This document shows positions 29,252 to 38,041 of a DNA stretch of 38,985 nucleotides, piece after piece. A model generated the notes under the pieces. That model saw only the letters and a program-made list of their open reading frames with translations, was not told where the DNA came from and made no database searches. Source of the DNA: an uncultured Candidatus Peribacteria bacterium (lineage in GTDB: Bacteria > Patescibacteriota > Gracilibacteria > Peribacterales > Peribacteraceae); the NCBI GenBank assembly GCA_964373225.1, contig CAYJTW010000003.1, positions 1 through 38,985 on the forward strand, given 5' to 3'. Positions within the stretch are counted from its first letter, which is position 1; each line of letters starts with the position of its first letter. The position numbers and the translations under genes are program-made.

Positions 29252-30133
29252 TCACTTTTTGAGGCCACATTCTGCCGCAAGCAGGGCCGCCCCCCGCGTT
29301 CCTGCATCCGTCAGTGTCCCGATGGAAAGACGCGGCAGCGGGGTTCCGGGCAGGAGCCACTCGGTCAGCGCCTTTTGGATCTCCGGGAGCCGAGGCACAA
29401 GTGCCCGTCCCACACTGCCGCCGAAGACGATGATCGAGGGGTCGAGGAGATGCGTGAGGTTCACGCACATCCAGGCGACTTCCTTCGCGATGTCCGGGTA
29501 CAGAAACGCGCACGTCTCGCCGTTGAGCAATTGTTCGGGCTTCTCGGCCTGTGTGCATCGTCTGGCCAGCGCCCTGCCGGAGAAGAATTGCTCGACCTCC
29601 CCCCGGTGATTGCCGTCCGCGGAGGGCGGATGGCCCGGCTGAAGCAACATGTGTCCGATCTCTCCGGAAAATCCGCTGCTCCCATGGAAAATTTTTCCGT
29701 CGACGATGATGCCGCCGCCCACGCCCGTCCCCATCGCGATGCCGACGACCACCGAATGACCGGTTCCAATTCCATGCAGCGCTTCCGCGAGAGCGAAACA
29801 ATGTGCGTCGTTTTCCACAATCACGGGGAGGCCGGTCCGCTTCGTCAGTTCTTCCCGGAGACCGATGTTCGTGGCGCACGGAATGTTGGGCATCGTGAGA
29901 ACGACGCCGTTGTCCCGGGAGACGAGGCCCGGAACGCCGATACCGATGGCCGACGTATCATCGCCGCGATTGCGCTCGATGACTCGAAGAAGTTCCTGCA
30001 TCAGTCCTTCCACTTGCTGATCGGCATGGGTGAATACCCGCTCTTGCGCCTGCGTCTCCCACGCCGCGCCGTAGCGTACGGCCGCGATTTTTGTGCCGCC
30101 GAGGTCGATGCCGAGGATGGAGCCGGTTGTCAT
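29252..30133 (-). CDS. ROK family sugar kinase (glucokinase-like)
   Basis: 293 aa from MTTGSILGIDLGGTK (ATP-binding DxGxT), plus ENDAHCFALAE and GTGVGGGI. ATGA overlap with the GH15 stop. The ORF-track extension to 30397 is rejected. Confidence 0.85.
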   Translation of the reverse strand: MTTGSILGIDLGGTKIAAVRYGAAWETQAQERVFTHADQQVEGLMQELLRVIERNRGDDTSAIGIGVPGLVSRDNGVVLTMPNIPCATNIGLREELTKRTGLPVIVENDAHCFALAEALHGIGTGHSVVVGIAMGTGVGGGIIVDGKIFHGSSGFSGEIGHMLLQPGHPPSADGNHRGEVEQFFSGRALARRCTQAEKPEQLLNGETCAFLYPDIAKEVAWMCVNLTHLLDPSIIVFGGSVGRALVPRLPEIQKALTEWLLPGTPLPRLSIGTLTDAGTRGAALLAAECGLKK

Positions 30134-32193
30134 GTGTTCCGTGGAGGGGGATTCTTCAGCTGGGTACGTTTCTCCAGATACTGCAGAACGGTCTCGACGA
30201 ATGTCGCATGACTCCACGTGAGCGGCGCGACGGAGAGGTGCACACCCGTGAGCGGATGGAGCTGCTCCGGCAAAATGCCCGACGGTGTCGCATGCTTCTG
30301 GACCCAGGAGAGGGCACGGCCCGCTTCCTCCAGTTCCCCGATTGTTTTTGCCCGCGCGATGTGCCACTGCGCGATCCAGAGACTGGTAATAATCCACGGA
30401 TTGCCCGGAATTTTTTCATCCATCTGCATATTCATCTGATACCGGTCATTGGTGTAGCGGGCATAGCCGCCGACATTCGTTTGCACCGCGAGTTTCCGTT
30501 CCAGCTGTTCCATGGTCGAGACGGTGCGGGGATCATCCATGGGAAGAACGCCGAGTTTCCAGATGACCGCAAGGCTCGCATCGTGCGTCGCATCCCGGGC
30601 GATCGTGACGCCGTCCTTCCGTTTGATCATTTTCAGGAATCGCTTTTCCTTTTCATCATATAAATGGAAAAGGAGAGCCTGTCGCGTTTCATCGGCGGCC
30701 GTTTGATACGTTTCCGAATGGGAAAAATGTCCGAGCGCATGCGAGATGCGCGCCGCTGCATGCAGTCCGGCGATGACGCAGGCGGTGGTATAGGCGAAAA
30801 TGCCGCGGTGTTCCTCCCACAGATCGTAACTCGGGAGCGGCAATCCGGTTTCCTTCTCCCGGTATTCACAGAGGAATTTCGCGGCTTTCTTCAGGAAGCG
30901 CTCGTACATTTTCTGCAGGAATTCAAAATCCTGATTGTTCTCGAAATGCTTCCAGAGTGCGTAAAGCACCAATGCCGTTTCGTCCTCCTGAATTGGCAGC
31001 TGTGCCTCGCCGTCACGAAACCAGGGATGCCAAGATGATCCGATGGAACCGTTCGGATTGTATTTGTGGAACAGATATCCGTCCGGCGACTGCACTTCGC
31101 AGCAGAAATCGAAGAATCGGCGCGTGACGTCCGCGTATTTTGCCTGATCCATGGCGATCGAAACGAAGGCGCCGTCGCGCGGCCACACGTACGTGTACGT
31201 GTCACGGTTGAATTCCATGATGTCGGCATCCGCCGCCGCCACGATGCCGCCGTGATTATCCGCGTGGAGGCGCACGAGCAGGAGGCTTCTCTTGAACAAC
31301 TCAATGAGTGTCGAGTCGAGTCCATCGAAGTTCCAGTTCGTCTTGTTCACCCAGCTCTTCCAATAGGTATGGCAATTATGCTGTAGTTGTGCTGGAGTTT
31401 CTGCCATGGTGACCTGCTGCAGTCCGATGACTTCTTCCAGCGTGGTCCCCAGACACAACCATACATAGACGGATGTCTCTCCCGTTGCCGGAACCGCGCA
31501 GTAGATGCCGACGGTGGAATCCACTGATCCCTGTTCGATGGTCGATCCGGCAAGTTCGCCGTCTTCGGCGTCGCGCCATGTTCCCTCGAAACCGCGATAG
31601 TCGGACTTGCCGATGCTGAAGGCCGAAAGGCCGCAGCTGCGGATTTCCTTGCGGCTGTGGAGGATCGAGTGGAACTGGTCGAGCGGCCTGCCGTTGATGC
31701 AGTACGTCGGATGCTGCGCCGTGCCACCGATCAGAAAATAGCGATTCTGGCGGAAGTGAATCACAGAGTTCATGTACGGCTCATAGAAGGCGGTGTCTTT
31801 TTGCTTGTCCCCGTAGATGTGCAGGTCATGATGGAAGAAAATGCGGGCCTCCTTTTCTTTTCCGTCGGTGCTGCGGACGCGGAAATGCCGCACGAAGATG
31901 TTATGCACCGGATGCACGAAGTCTTCGGCGATGATCTCGATGCCGAGAATGTCATTGCGCAAGACCGAATTGCCCACGAGCGTCTCGGATTTGTAGCGTA
32001 TGTCGATCGTCCAGCTTGCATCGCTCAACCATTGTATTCCCTTGCCTTGCACCCAGACACCAACACGATGAACGTCGCCGTAGGCCGTGTGATCCTCCAT
32101 GCCCACGTAGGGATAGTAGAGGTCGCGCAACTGGGCGCGATTGTCCAGGGTCGCGAGCATCGATCCGTTGCCGACAATGAGAGAGCGGGGCAT
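30130..32193 (-). CDS. Glycoside hydrolase family 15 (glucoamylase/glucodextranase-like)
   Basis: 687 aa. YVWPRDGAF, LWEEHRGIFAYTTA, (alpha/alpha)6-type C-terminal half, beta-sandwich N-terminal domain. Confidence 0.85.
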   Translation of the reverse strand: MPRSLIVGNGSMLATLDNRAQLRDLYYPYVGMEDHTAYGDVHRVGVWVQGKGIQWLSDASWTIDIRYKSETLVGNSVLRNDILGIEIIAEDFVHPVHNIFVRHFRVRSTDGKEKEARIFFHHDLHIYGDKQKDTAFYEPYMNSVIHFRQNRYFLIGGTAQHPTYCINGRPLDQFHSILHSRKEIRSCGLSAFSIGKSDYRGFEGTWRDAEDGELAGSTIEQGSVDSTVGIYCAVPATGETSVYVWLCLGTTLEEVIGLQQVTMAETPAQLQHNCHTYWKSWVNKTNWNFDGLDSTLIELFKRSLLLVRLHADNHGGIVAAADADIMEFNRDTYTYVWPRDGAFVSIAMDQAKYADVTRRFFDFCCEVQSPDGYLFHKYNPNGSIGSSWHPWFRDGEAQLPIQEDETALVLYALWKHFENNQDFEFLQKMYERFLKKAAKFLCEYREKETGLPLPSYDLWEEHRGIFAYTTACVIAGLHAAARISHALGHFSHSETYQTAADETRQALLFHLYDEKEKRFLKMIKRKDGVTIARDATHDASLAVIWKLGVLPMDDPRTVSTMEQLERKLAVQTNVGGYARYTNDRYQMNMQMDEKIPGNPWIITSLWIAQWHIARAKTIGELEEAGRALSWVQKHATPSGILPEQLHPLTGVHLSVAPLTWSHATFVETVLQYLEKRTQLKNPPPRNT

Positions 32194-32211
32194 GGGCGTG
32201 AGAAAAAGAAA

Positions 32212-33453
32212 TCAGTGCTGTAGCCGCGATCGGAGATCGCAGAGGGCGTGGCTGTAGCGCCGGTACGCTTCGTAGGGCGAATCGTAGGGACTGAAGTATT
32301 TGTGGACGTCGCCGTCACTCCAGTATTTGGTGCTCATGTAGTAGAAGTGGTCGGACGTCTGCAGACGTCGCCAGCAATCCAGAAGCGCCGCGTTCCCGTT
32401 GCTCTTCACAAGCGGTTCGAGCAGGTAGATCGCCTCAAGAGCGGCATTCTGGATCGTATTGCCCTGCCACGCGGAAAGATCGCGCTCCATGTCCGCCCAG
32501 GAGATGAATTGATGCGCGTCATACACATCCGCATGCGCGTGTTTCCAGCCGTCGAGCACGCCGGACGGTGTCGTCGCATGGATGCCGCGTTCTTGCCAGA
32601 TGCGGGGGAGCGTGCGAAGGAATTCGAAAATTCCCGTATCCGACCATTGATGCTCGCCGAATGTTTCGTAATCCATGAAGAGATTGACGTTGTGTCCGCC
32701 GCTCTGCAAGAGCCAGTCGGTGAACGTATCGGCATGCAGCGGGAAACCGACCCATGACTTGTCGGAGAAGCGGAATGCGATGTCATCGGAAAGACGGTAG
32801 TTCTTGAGAAGGATGTGCATCGAGTCCGAGGGCGCTTCGTATGGCCTGGCACCGGCGATGCATCGTTGCATATCCCGCGAAAGCTCGAACGACGGCGGCG
32901 CGAACGGCGCGTTGGGGGTGCGGTGTTGCAGGAGATGGTCCGTGCCCTCGGCAAGGATGCCGCAAAATCCCATTTGCCGCGCGACTTCGGCGAGTTCGTT
33001 GCGGTAGATCAGTTCCGTATTGCGGAAAATTCGCGGCGACTGGCCGAAGAGGTTTTGAATCTTGCGAACGTGCATCGTCACCTGTTCGCAGAATTCCGGA
33101 AGAGACTTCAGACAGCTGAGCGAGTGAAAGTACGTCTCCGCGAGGAATTCCACCTGTCCGGTATTGGAGAGTTGGCGGAAGGAATCAAGAACATCGGGGC
33201 TGTATTCTTCGCACTGATCCAGGAAAACGCCGGAAAGTGAATAGGCAATGTGAAAGTCCGGATAGGTTCTGAGCGTTTCCAGCAGGAGCCTGTTGGCCGG
33301 GAGGTAGCACTTCTCCGCGACCTTGTGAAAGATCGCGCGGTTCTTCTCATCATCGAAGTAATCCATGTGCCCGTGTCCTATCTCCGTCACCCGCAAATCG
33401 CGCAAACGATAGGGCTGGTGAACCTGGAAGTAGAAGCAAATGTGGGGCGTCAT
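32212..33453 (-). CDS. Glycoside hydrolase family 57 (alpha-amylase/branching-enzyme-like)
   Basis: 413 aa. The N-terminal ICFYFQVHQPYRL and later EFLAETYFHS and DYETFGEH are GH57 hallmarks. Confidence 0.85.
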   Translation of the reverse strand: MTPHICFYFQVHQPYRLRDLRVTEIGHGHMDYFDDEKNRAIFHKVAEKCYLPANRLLLETLRTYPDFHIAYSLSGVFLDQCEEYSPDVLDSFRQLSNTGQVEFLAETYFHSLSCLKSLPEFCEQVTMHVRKIQNLFGQSPRIFRNTELIYRNELAEVARQMGFCGILAEGTDHLLQHRTPNAPFAPPSFELSRDMQRCIAGARPYEAPSDSMHILLKNYRLSDDIAFRFSDKSWVGFPLHADTFTDWLLQSGGHNVNLFMDYETFGEHQWSDTGIFEFLRTLPRIWQERGIHATTPSGVLDGWKHAHADVYDAHQFISWADMERDLSAWQGNTIQNAALEAIYLLEPLVKSNGNAALLDCWRRLQTSDHFYYMSTKYWSDGDVHKYFSPYDSPYEAYRRYSHALCDLRSRLQH

Positions 33454-33475
33454 GGGAGGACAAAGGGAGTTCGTT

Positions 33476-34708
33476 TCAGACGGAAACGTGCGGTTCGCAT
33501 CGTGCCGGTTTTTTTCCTGACAATTCCTGGTAAAGGGAGTGCACTTTTCCCGCCTGTCTGTGCCACGTCAGTGTCTGCAGGAGCCGGGGGGCTTCGCAAC
33601 GCAATTGCTCCGCGAGCGGCTGTTCGCGCAGCACGGTGAGTACGCAGTCCGCCATCATCTCCGTATCCCAAAAATCGACTTTTAAGGCATGGTCGATCAC
33701 TTCCGCGGCGCCAGATTGCTTGCTCAGGATGACGGGCGTGCCATGCGCGATAGATTCCAGAGCGACGAGACCGAATGGTTCCGAGGCCGACGGCATCACG
33801 AAGCAGGCCGCCTGCGTGTAGAGGGTCTTCGCTTCCGCGTTCCGCACTCTGCCTGCGAAGATCACTGAGTCCTGCAGATGCAGCGTGCAGGCCCGGTCGA
33901 TGAGTTCGGAAAGCATGTCGCCCTCTCCAGCAATGACGAATAGCACATCGGGACGGTATTCGTGCACGCGTCTGGCCATTTCCAGGAATTGCCAGGCGCC
34001 TTTCTGCGCGGTGAGCCGGCCGAGGAAGAGGACCATCGGCGGCGCGTTCTTCCGCGCGGGTACCGGCTCCCCGGCGTGATCCTGCGTGATGCTGTTGTGC
34101 ACGACGTGAATCTTGTCCGGCGAAATGCCGTAATGCTGTGTGAGAATATTCTTTGTGTAGTTGCTGACAGCAATGATCCTGTCGGCCATCTCGAAGCCGC
34201 GCCGCTCGCGCTGGTAGATCCACTCGTTCGGATGGAAATTCGTGCGATCGAGTTCCGTGGCATGGATATGGGTCACGAGAGGGCGTTCGTGACTCCCGGC
34301 CGTGCGTATGCCCGCTTCGTAGGTCATCCAGTCGTGACAGTGGATGACATCGGCATCGATATGCTGTGTGAGGGCGACACTTTCTTCCGTGTAGTGCGCG
34401 ATGGCCTGTTCCAGATTTTCCCCGTACATGTCATGCAGACGGTGCGGTATCTTCCGCAATCGTTGCGCGTATGACGCCGCGTTGTCGTACGGATGCAGTG
34501 CGCTTTGCACATGGATCGACGAACCGCCGCATGTCGGTGGCGAGAGCATGGAGATATTTCCGGACTCCTGCCCCGCGAACGGAAGAACAAGCGTGACTCT
34601 CACATGATGCTGCAGAAGTCCGCGCACCAATCCCTGGCACGCCACCCCGAGTCCCCCCACGTGCCGTGGAGGATATTCCCAACCGAACATGAGCGTGTGA
34701 AGAGACAT
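33476..34708 (-). CDS. GT-B glycosyltransferase, glycogen/alpha-glucan synthase-like
   Basis: 410 aa. FGWEYPPRHVGGLGVA (KxGGL-like), HCHDWM, FLGRLTAQKG, MPSASEPFGLVALESIAHGTPVI. Confidence 0.85.
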   Translation of the reverse strand: MSLHTLMFGWEYPPRHVGGLGVACQGLVRGLLQHHVRVTLVLPFAGQESGNISMLSPPTCGGSSIHVQSALHPYDNAASYAQRLRKIPHRLHDMYGENLEQAIAHYTEESVALTQHIDADVIHCHDWMTYEAGIRTAGSHERPLVTHIHATELDRTNFHPNEWIYQRERRGFEMADRIIAVSNYTKNILTQHYGISPDKIHVVHNSITQDHAGEPVPARKNAPPMVLFLGRLTAQKGAWQFLEMARRVHEYRPDVLFVIAGEGDMLSELIDRACTLHLQDSVIFAGRVRNAEAKTLYTQAACFVMPSASEPFGLVALESIAHGTPVILSKQSGAAEVIDHALKVDFWDTEMMADCVLTVLREQPLAEQLRCEAPRLLQTLTWHRQAGKVHSLYQELSGKKPARCEPHVSV

Positions 34709-34743
34709 CGCGGTGTGTTTGTGTGTGGGAAATAAATCCTTTG

Positions 34744-34752
34744 ATTATACCA
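34744..34752 (-). promoter_or_regulatory. Extended -10 promoter element (TGGTATAAT) upstream of the glucan operon
   Basis: The minus strand reads CTGGTATAATC, about 36 nt upstream of the ATG at 34708. It lies in an AT-rich intergenic region. Confidence 0.5.
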
Positions 34753-34833
34753 GATTTCTGCTGCTTTTAAAAGGTTCGCCGCGGGTTTTCCCGCGTGGCT
34801 GAGAATATTTTATGAAATTTTTTAGGGTTTTGT

Positions 34834-35502
34834 CTAGAAAAACGCGAGGTACTCCATGCCCCTCAACGTCCACTCCATCACCGTCACAATCCACAGCGAC
34901 AGGAGGGGAATATGCAGGAAATTTTCGGCGAGGAGGAGCCCCACCAGCACGTAGATCCCGATCCGCATGAATTCCTCGTACCGGTCGGAAAGCCGCAGGG
35001 GAATAAACGCCTCGAGAACTTTCGACCCGTCGAGCGGCGCGATCGGGATCAGATTGAACGCCATCAGCCCGAGATTGATAAAGAGGAACGCGCCGAGGAA
35101 CTGCAGCAGGAAGATCCGCACCACCGGTCCGCCGCCGCCGACCGAGAGCAGTTCCCACGGCGATGATCCTGCGGCACCCCCGAACATCTTCAGTATCGTA
35201 AAGGCGACGATCGCGAGGACGAGGTTACTGAACGGACCCGCGGCCGCCGTCAGGCAGGTGTCGCGTTTATAGTTACGGAAGTAGACAGGATTGATCGGCA
35301 CGGGCTTCGCCCACCCGAAGCCGACGGTTAAAAAGAGGAGCGCGCCGAGGAGGTCGAGGTGCGCGATCGGATTCAGCGTCAAGCGACCCGCATGGCCGGG
35401 AGTCGGATCACCGAGTTTTGTCGCCGTCACCGCGTGCGCCCACTCGTGGACGGAGATGGCGACGAGGAGCGCGAGGATGTAGGTGGGATTCAGAAACGGC
35501 AC
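34834..35502 (-). CDS. Site-2 protease family (peptidase M50) membrane metalloprotease
   Basis: 222 aa. HEWAHAVTA (HExxH in the first TM helix), NPIAHLD, NLIPIAPLDG (NxxPxxxLDG). Confidence 0.9.
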   Translation of the reverse strand: MPFLNPTYILALLVAISVHEWAHAVTATKLGDPTPGHAGRLTLNPIAHLDLLGALLFLTVGFGWAKPVPINPVYFRNYKRDTCLTAAAGPFSNLVLAIVAFTILKMFGGAAGSSPWELLSVGGGGPVVRIFLLQFLGAFLFINLGLMAFNLIPIAPLDGSKVLEAFIPLRLSDRYEEFMRIGIYVLVGLLLAENFLHIPLLSLWIVTVMEWTLRGMEYLAFF

Positions 35503-35584
35503 TCCATGAGTCTACAGGTTCTACAGTCTCCGTGTGTGGACCTTCTATTTGCAGGCAAGCAATAGATTGTTAGAATGCTGCACT

Positions 35585-37153
35585 ATGCCTGAGCAAAATA
35601 CCCCTACGCCATTGGCACGGCTCCACCAATCGGACGTTCATCTTCACAGGCTGATTACAAATCTTAGTACCGTTCCTCTTATGGATGATGATGCGACGGT
35701 GAAGCAGGTTGTGCAACACCTAAAAGAAGCTCAGCAGCTTCTCAGAATAGTCCTCGATTTACGTGAAGAAACAGATGAAGAAGAGGGAATGACACCGTCC
35801 CAATGCACTCTCGGCGCCATTGATGTTCTTTCTGAATTTCTCGGCAAGTATCCGAATTGCGGTGCACCCATTACCTATCTGCGAAGAGAGGCTCTTGAAG
35901 TTGTGAACACTGCCCGACATGCCAATGCCGGACAAATGACACCGGAGTATTTTTTCATTCGGTTGAGGCCGGAGATTGGGCGCAGATTATGTGACGTTGT
36001 GAATGTACCCTCTCTTGAGCCCACGGATGACGAACGCGCTTTTGGCGCATTTGCAATGACAATGTTTTCTTTTAAAGAATGTTCCACGCGACCCGAAAGA
36101 GCTTCTTTAATGGATGATAGAAAATTTCAACTACAGAAAAAACTTGCACCCAACAAAACCTCCCACTATCAGACATACATTGATCAAGCCAGTGCTCTTG
36201 GCATCAGCCTCAATGAAACGGAAACACTTATGTTGAGTATAACAATGAAGATGGTGCCGTGGCTCCGTGAAGTTGTTCAGAAAATTGGCGCTCCGTCGCA
36301 TCTTTCCAACGACACAGCATTTCAAGCTGCCTGTCGCTGTTTTGCAAGAAGCATACGGACGTACATACCCAAAACTGTAGATGCGCTTGAAAGATATATA
36401 GAATTCAATATTCGAAAGGAATTTGGTGCGCCGTCGGTTGAAAGCGATCGTGTGACTTCTTTGACCAAAAATCGTCAATTTGGAGAATGGTTACGTCAGC
36501 ACGCGGCATTTACTTTCGATGTCGTGGCCGAAATCGTGGGCAGTCATCCAGAATGCCAAGTACCCATTAAAGATCTAGATGATATCGCATTTGCGCAATT
36601 GCGTTCGATCGGGCGCGCGGCGGGAATTCGCTGCTTGCAGGAGGGATTTTTCTTCACGCACGTACGGGAGAACATCGTTCAGAAAGTCATGAAAAAAGCC
36701 CATCTGTCACCCTCGTCCTCTTCGGATGAAATGTCCGTCATTGGCATGGCATTTTCGGTCAATGGGCACTGCAAGTCGCGTTTTATGACGCTCAGTGAAA
36801 AAGAGGTTGCGCATCGTAAAGCATTCATTGATTGGGCCAAGAGAAATGTTCATCTTGAGCATTGTCGTGCTGCAGTCCAGCCGTATTCCGCATTGGGAAT
36901 TGCACTCGATGAGTTTGAAGAGGCAGTTCTCGCAGTGGCAATGCAGTATATGCCTGTGCTCCAAAATTTTCTGCGGGAATATCCAGCTCGATCGTACGTA
37001 TCCCCTCAGGCAGTCCTCCTGACATCCATTCGGGAATTGATTCTCATGGTACGGTCTTTTCCTGCCGACAGTGGCCAATGCCTCGCCGATCATGTCGAAG
37101 AGAAAATACGTATAGCGATTGCCCCTCTTACGCTTAACAAAAAGAACGCGTAA
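35585..37153 (+). CDS. Hypothetical 522-aa protein with an internal two-fold duplication (ORFan)
   Basis: Long ORF in a visibly AT-richer segment. The ATG at 35585 is preferred over the GTG at 35534. Two modules of about 210 aa are offset by about 232 residues; see findings. No known motif recognised. Confidence 0.7.
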   Translation: MPEQNTPTPLARLHQSDVHLHRLITNLSTVPLMDDDATVKQVVQHLKEAQQLLRIVLDLREETDEEEGMTPSQCTLGAIDVLSEFLGKYPNCGAPITYLRREALEVVNTARHANAGQMTPEYFFIRLRPEIGRRLCDVVNVPSLEPTDDERAFGAFAMTMFSFKECSTRPERASLMDDRKFQLQKKLAPNKTSHYQTYIDQASALGISLNETETLMLSITMKMVPWLREVVQKIGAPSHLSNDTAFQAACRCFARSIRTYIPKTVDALERYIEFNIRKEFGAPSVESDRVTSLTKNRQFGEWLRQHAAFTFDVVAEIVGSHPECQVPIKDLDDIAFAQLRSIGRAAGIRCLQEGFFFTHVRENIVQKVMKKAHLSPSSSSDEMSVIGMAFSVNGHCKSRFMTLSEKEVAHRKAFIDWAKRNVHLEHCRAAVQPYSALGIALDEFEEAVLAVAMQYMPVLQNFLREYPARSYVSPQAVLLTSIRELILMVRSFPADSGQCLADHVEEKIRIAIAPLTLNKKNA

Positions 37154-37194
37154 GAATTTGACGCCTCTTCTTTTCGTCGGTAGCCTTCCGGCCC

Positions 37195-37404
37195 ATGCCC
37201 CGCATCTGCGCCAAAACCGGCAAGAAGGCGAGCTTCGGAAACACCCGGAGCCACTCCATGCGCCACACCCGCAGGCAGTGGAAGCCGAACCTGCAGAACA
37301 AGCGCGTGTTTGATCCGGCGATGGGAACGTACAAGAGAATGAAAGTGTCGACGGGCTACCTTCGGACACTGGCGAAGAGATTGAAGGAGGGGAGGACGGT
37401 GTAG
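37195..37404 (+). CDS. rpmB: 50S ribosomal protein L28
   Basis: 69 aa. MPRICAKTGKKASFGNTRSHSMRHTRRQWKPNLQ matches the L28 pattern M.R.C..TGK....GN.RSH......R...PNL. Confidence 0.9.
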   Translation: MPRICAKTGKKASFGNTRSHSMRHTRRQWKPNLQNKRVFDPAMGTYKRMKVSTGYLRTLAKRLKEGRTV

Positions 37405-37418
37405 GGTCATGGCTCGAG

Positions 37419-37440
37419 GCAAAGCGCCGCGGCGCTTTGC
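37419..37440 (+). terminator. GC-rich palindrome after rpmB (possible terminator, no U-tract)
   Basis: GCAAAGCGCC-GC-GGCGCTTTGC, a 22-nt perfect palindrome starting 15 nt after the rpmB stop codon. Confidence 0.3.
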
Positions 37441-37445
37441 ACCTC

Positions 37446-37542
37446 GCCATGACACCATCATCACCCCGGAAATGTCATGGTGAGGTGCGCGCCTCGCATC
37501 ATGCCATGACACCATCATCACCCCGGAAATGTCATGGTGAGG
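37446..37542. repeat. Two tandem copies (57-nt period) of a 40-nt hairpin-forming unit
   Basis: GCCATGACACCATCATCACCCCGGAAATGTCATGGTGAGG occurs at 37446-37485 and identically at 37503-37542. Each contains CCATGACA...TGTCATGG (8-bp stem, extendable to 12 of 13 in copy 1). The repeat lies between convergent genes. Confidence 0.85.
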
Positions 37543-37576
37543 AGTGCGCTGTTCGAGCGCGCCTCGAACCATGACA

Positions 37577-37942
37577 TCACGCCTTCTTGTTGAACGCGGC
37601 GAACAGCGCCCACACGCCGACGACGAGGTGCAGGACGTTATCGACCGGATTTTCGAGGTTCGTGACGCCGTAGAAGTTCGGCGACGGATTGCCCCGGACC
37701 ATGAAGCCGAGGACGCCGAAGGCGAGTGCGATGATGCCAACGAGCACCACAACCCACTTCTTCAGATCGCCGATCGCGAGGGGGGCGAGCACGAGAGCGA
37801 CAATGCCGAGTACAAGATGCGCCCAGTTTTCGGCGGCATCGAAGTTGAGAAGGTCGCCCGCCAGGTTGGGCGCAAGGAAGCCAATGACGCCGAGCAGAAC
37901 GAGGATGACGCCGCCGATCTGCAGGAACTGTTTAGGGTTCAT
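37577..37942 (-). CDS. Small four-TM membrane protein (DUF4383-like)
   Basis: 121 aa from the ATG at 37942 (MNPKQFLQIGGVILVLLGVIGF...). Motifs ENWAHLVLG and DNVLHLVVG repeat as in DUF4383. The ORF-track extension to 38425 is antisense to the GT-C gene and is rejected. Confidence 0.65.
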   Translation of the reverse strand: MNPKQFLQIGGVILVLLGVIGFLAPNLAGDLLNFDAAENWAHLVLGIVALVLAPLAIGDLKKWVVVLVGIIALAFGVLGFMVRGNPSPNFYGVTNLENPVDNVLHLVVGVWALFAAFNKKA

Positions 37943-38041
37943 CGGGGAAAAGGGGGAAGAAATACAAGTTAAGGCACACATTACGCCTTTTCCGGACCGA
38001 AATGACGGAATTTGTTGACGAAGATCTGTTACCATTTCGCC

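Noticed and set aside
30130-30133. Possible alternative genetic code (UGA recoding, as in some candidate phyla).
   Set aside because: Conserved genes terminate at TGA exactly where homologues end (for example the GH15 ATGA overlap and the TGA at 9000-9002). No conserved gene needs read-through of TGA, so the standard code 11 fits.
29252-30397. N-terminal extensions suggested by the ORF track for the ROK kinase (to 30397), dinJ (to 18754), the DUF4383-like gene (to 38425), the DegT-like gene (to 22219), and the membrane proteins (16333, 16206).
   Set aside because: The extensions overlap well-supported neighbouring genes, are compositionally atypical, and precede internal Met codons that give canonical family N-termini (for example MTTGSILGIDLGGTK).
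34780-34795. Intrinsic terminator after the M50 protease gene (CGCGGG-TTTT-CCCGCG hairpin).
   Set aside because: The stem is only 6 bp, and on the transcribed (minus) strand the T-run is separated from the stem by about 8 nt. This is too weak to annotate as a terminator.
37446-37542. Possible CRISPR array (also considered for the repeats at 7736-7798 and 8201-8324).
   Set aside because: There are only two repeat copies with a 17-nt spacer, or contiguous 9-mers with no spacers. No cas genes are present. Unit sizes and spacing do not fit CRISPR.
37090-37752. 220-aa minus-strand ORF containing a duplicated peptide (HHDISGVMMVSW twice).
   Set aside because: The duplication is the translation of the 57-nt tandem hairpin repeat. 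The ORF runs antisense through rpmB and overlaps the DUF4383-like gene in another frame.
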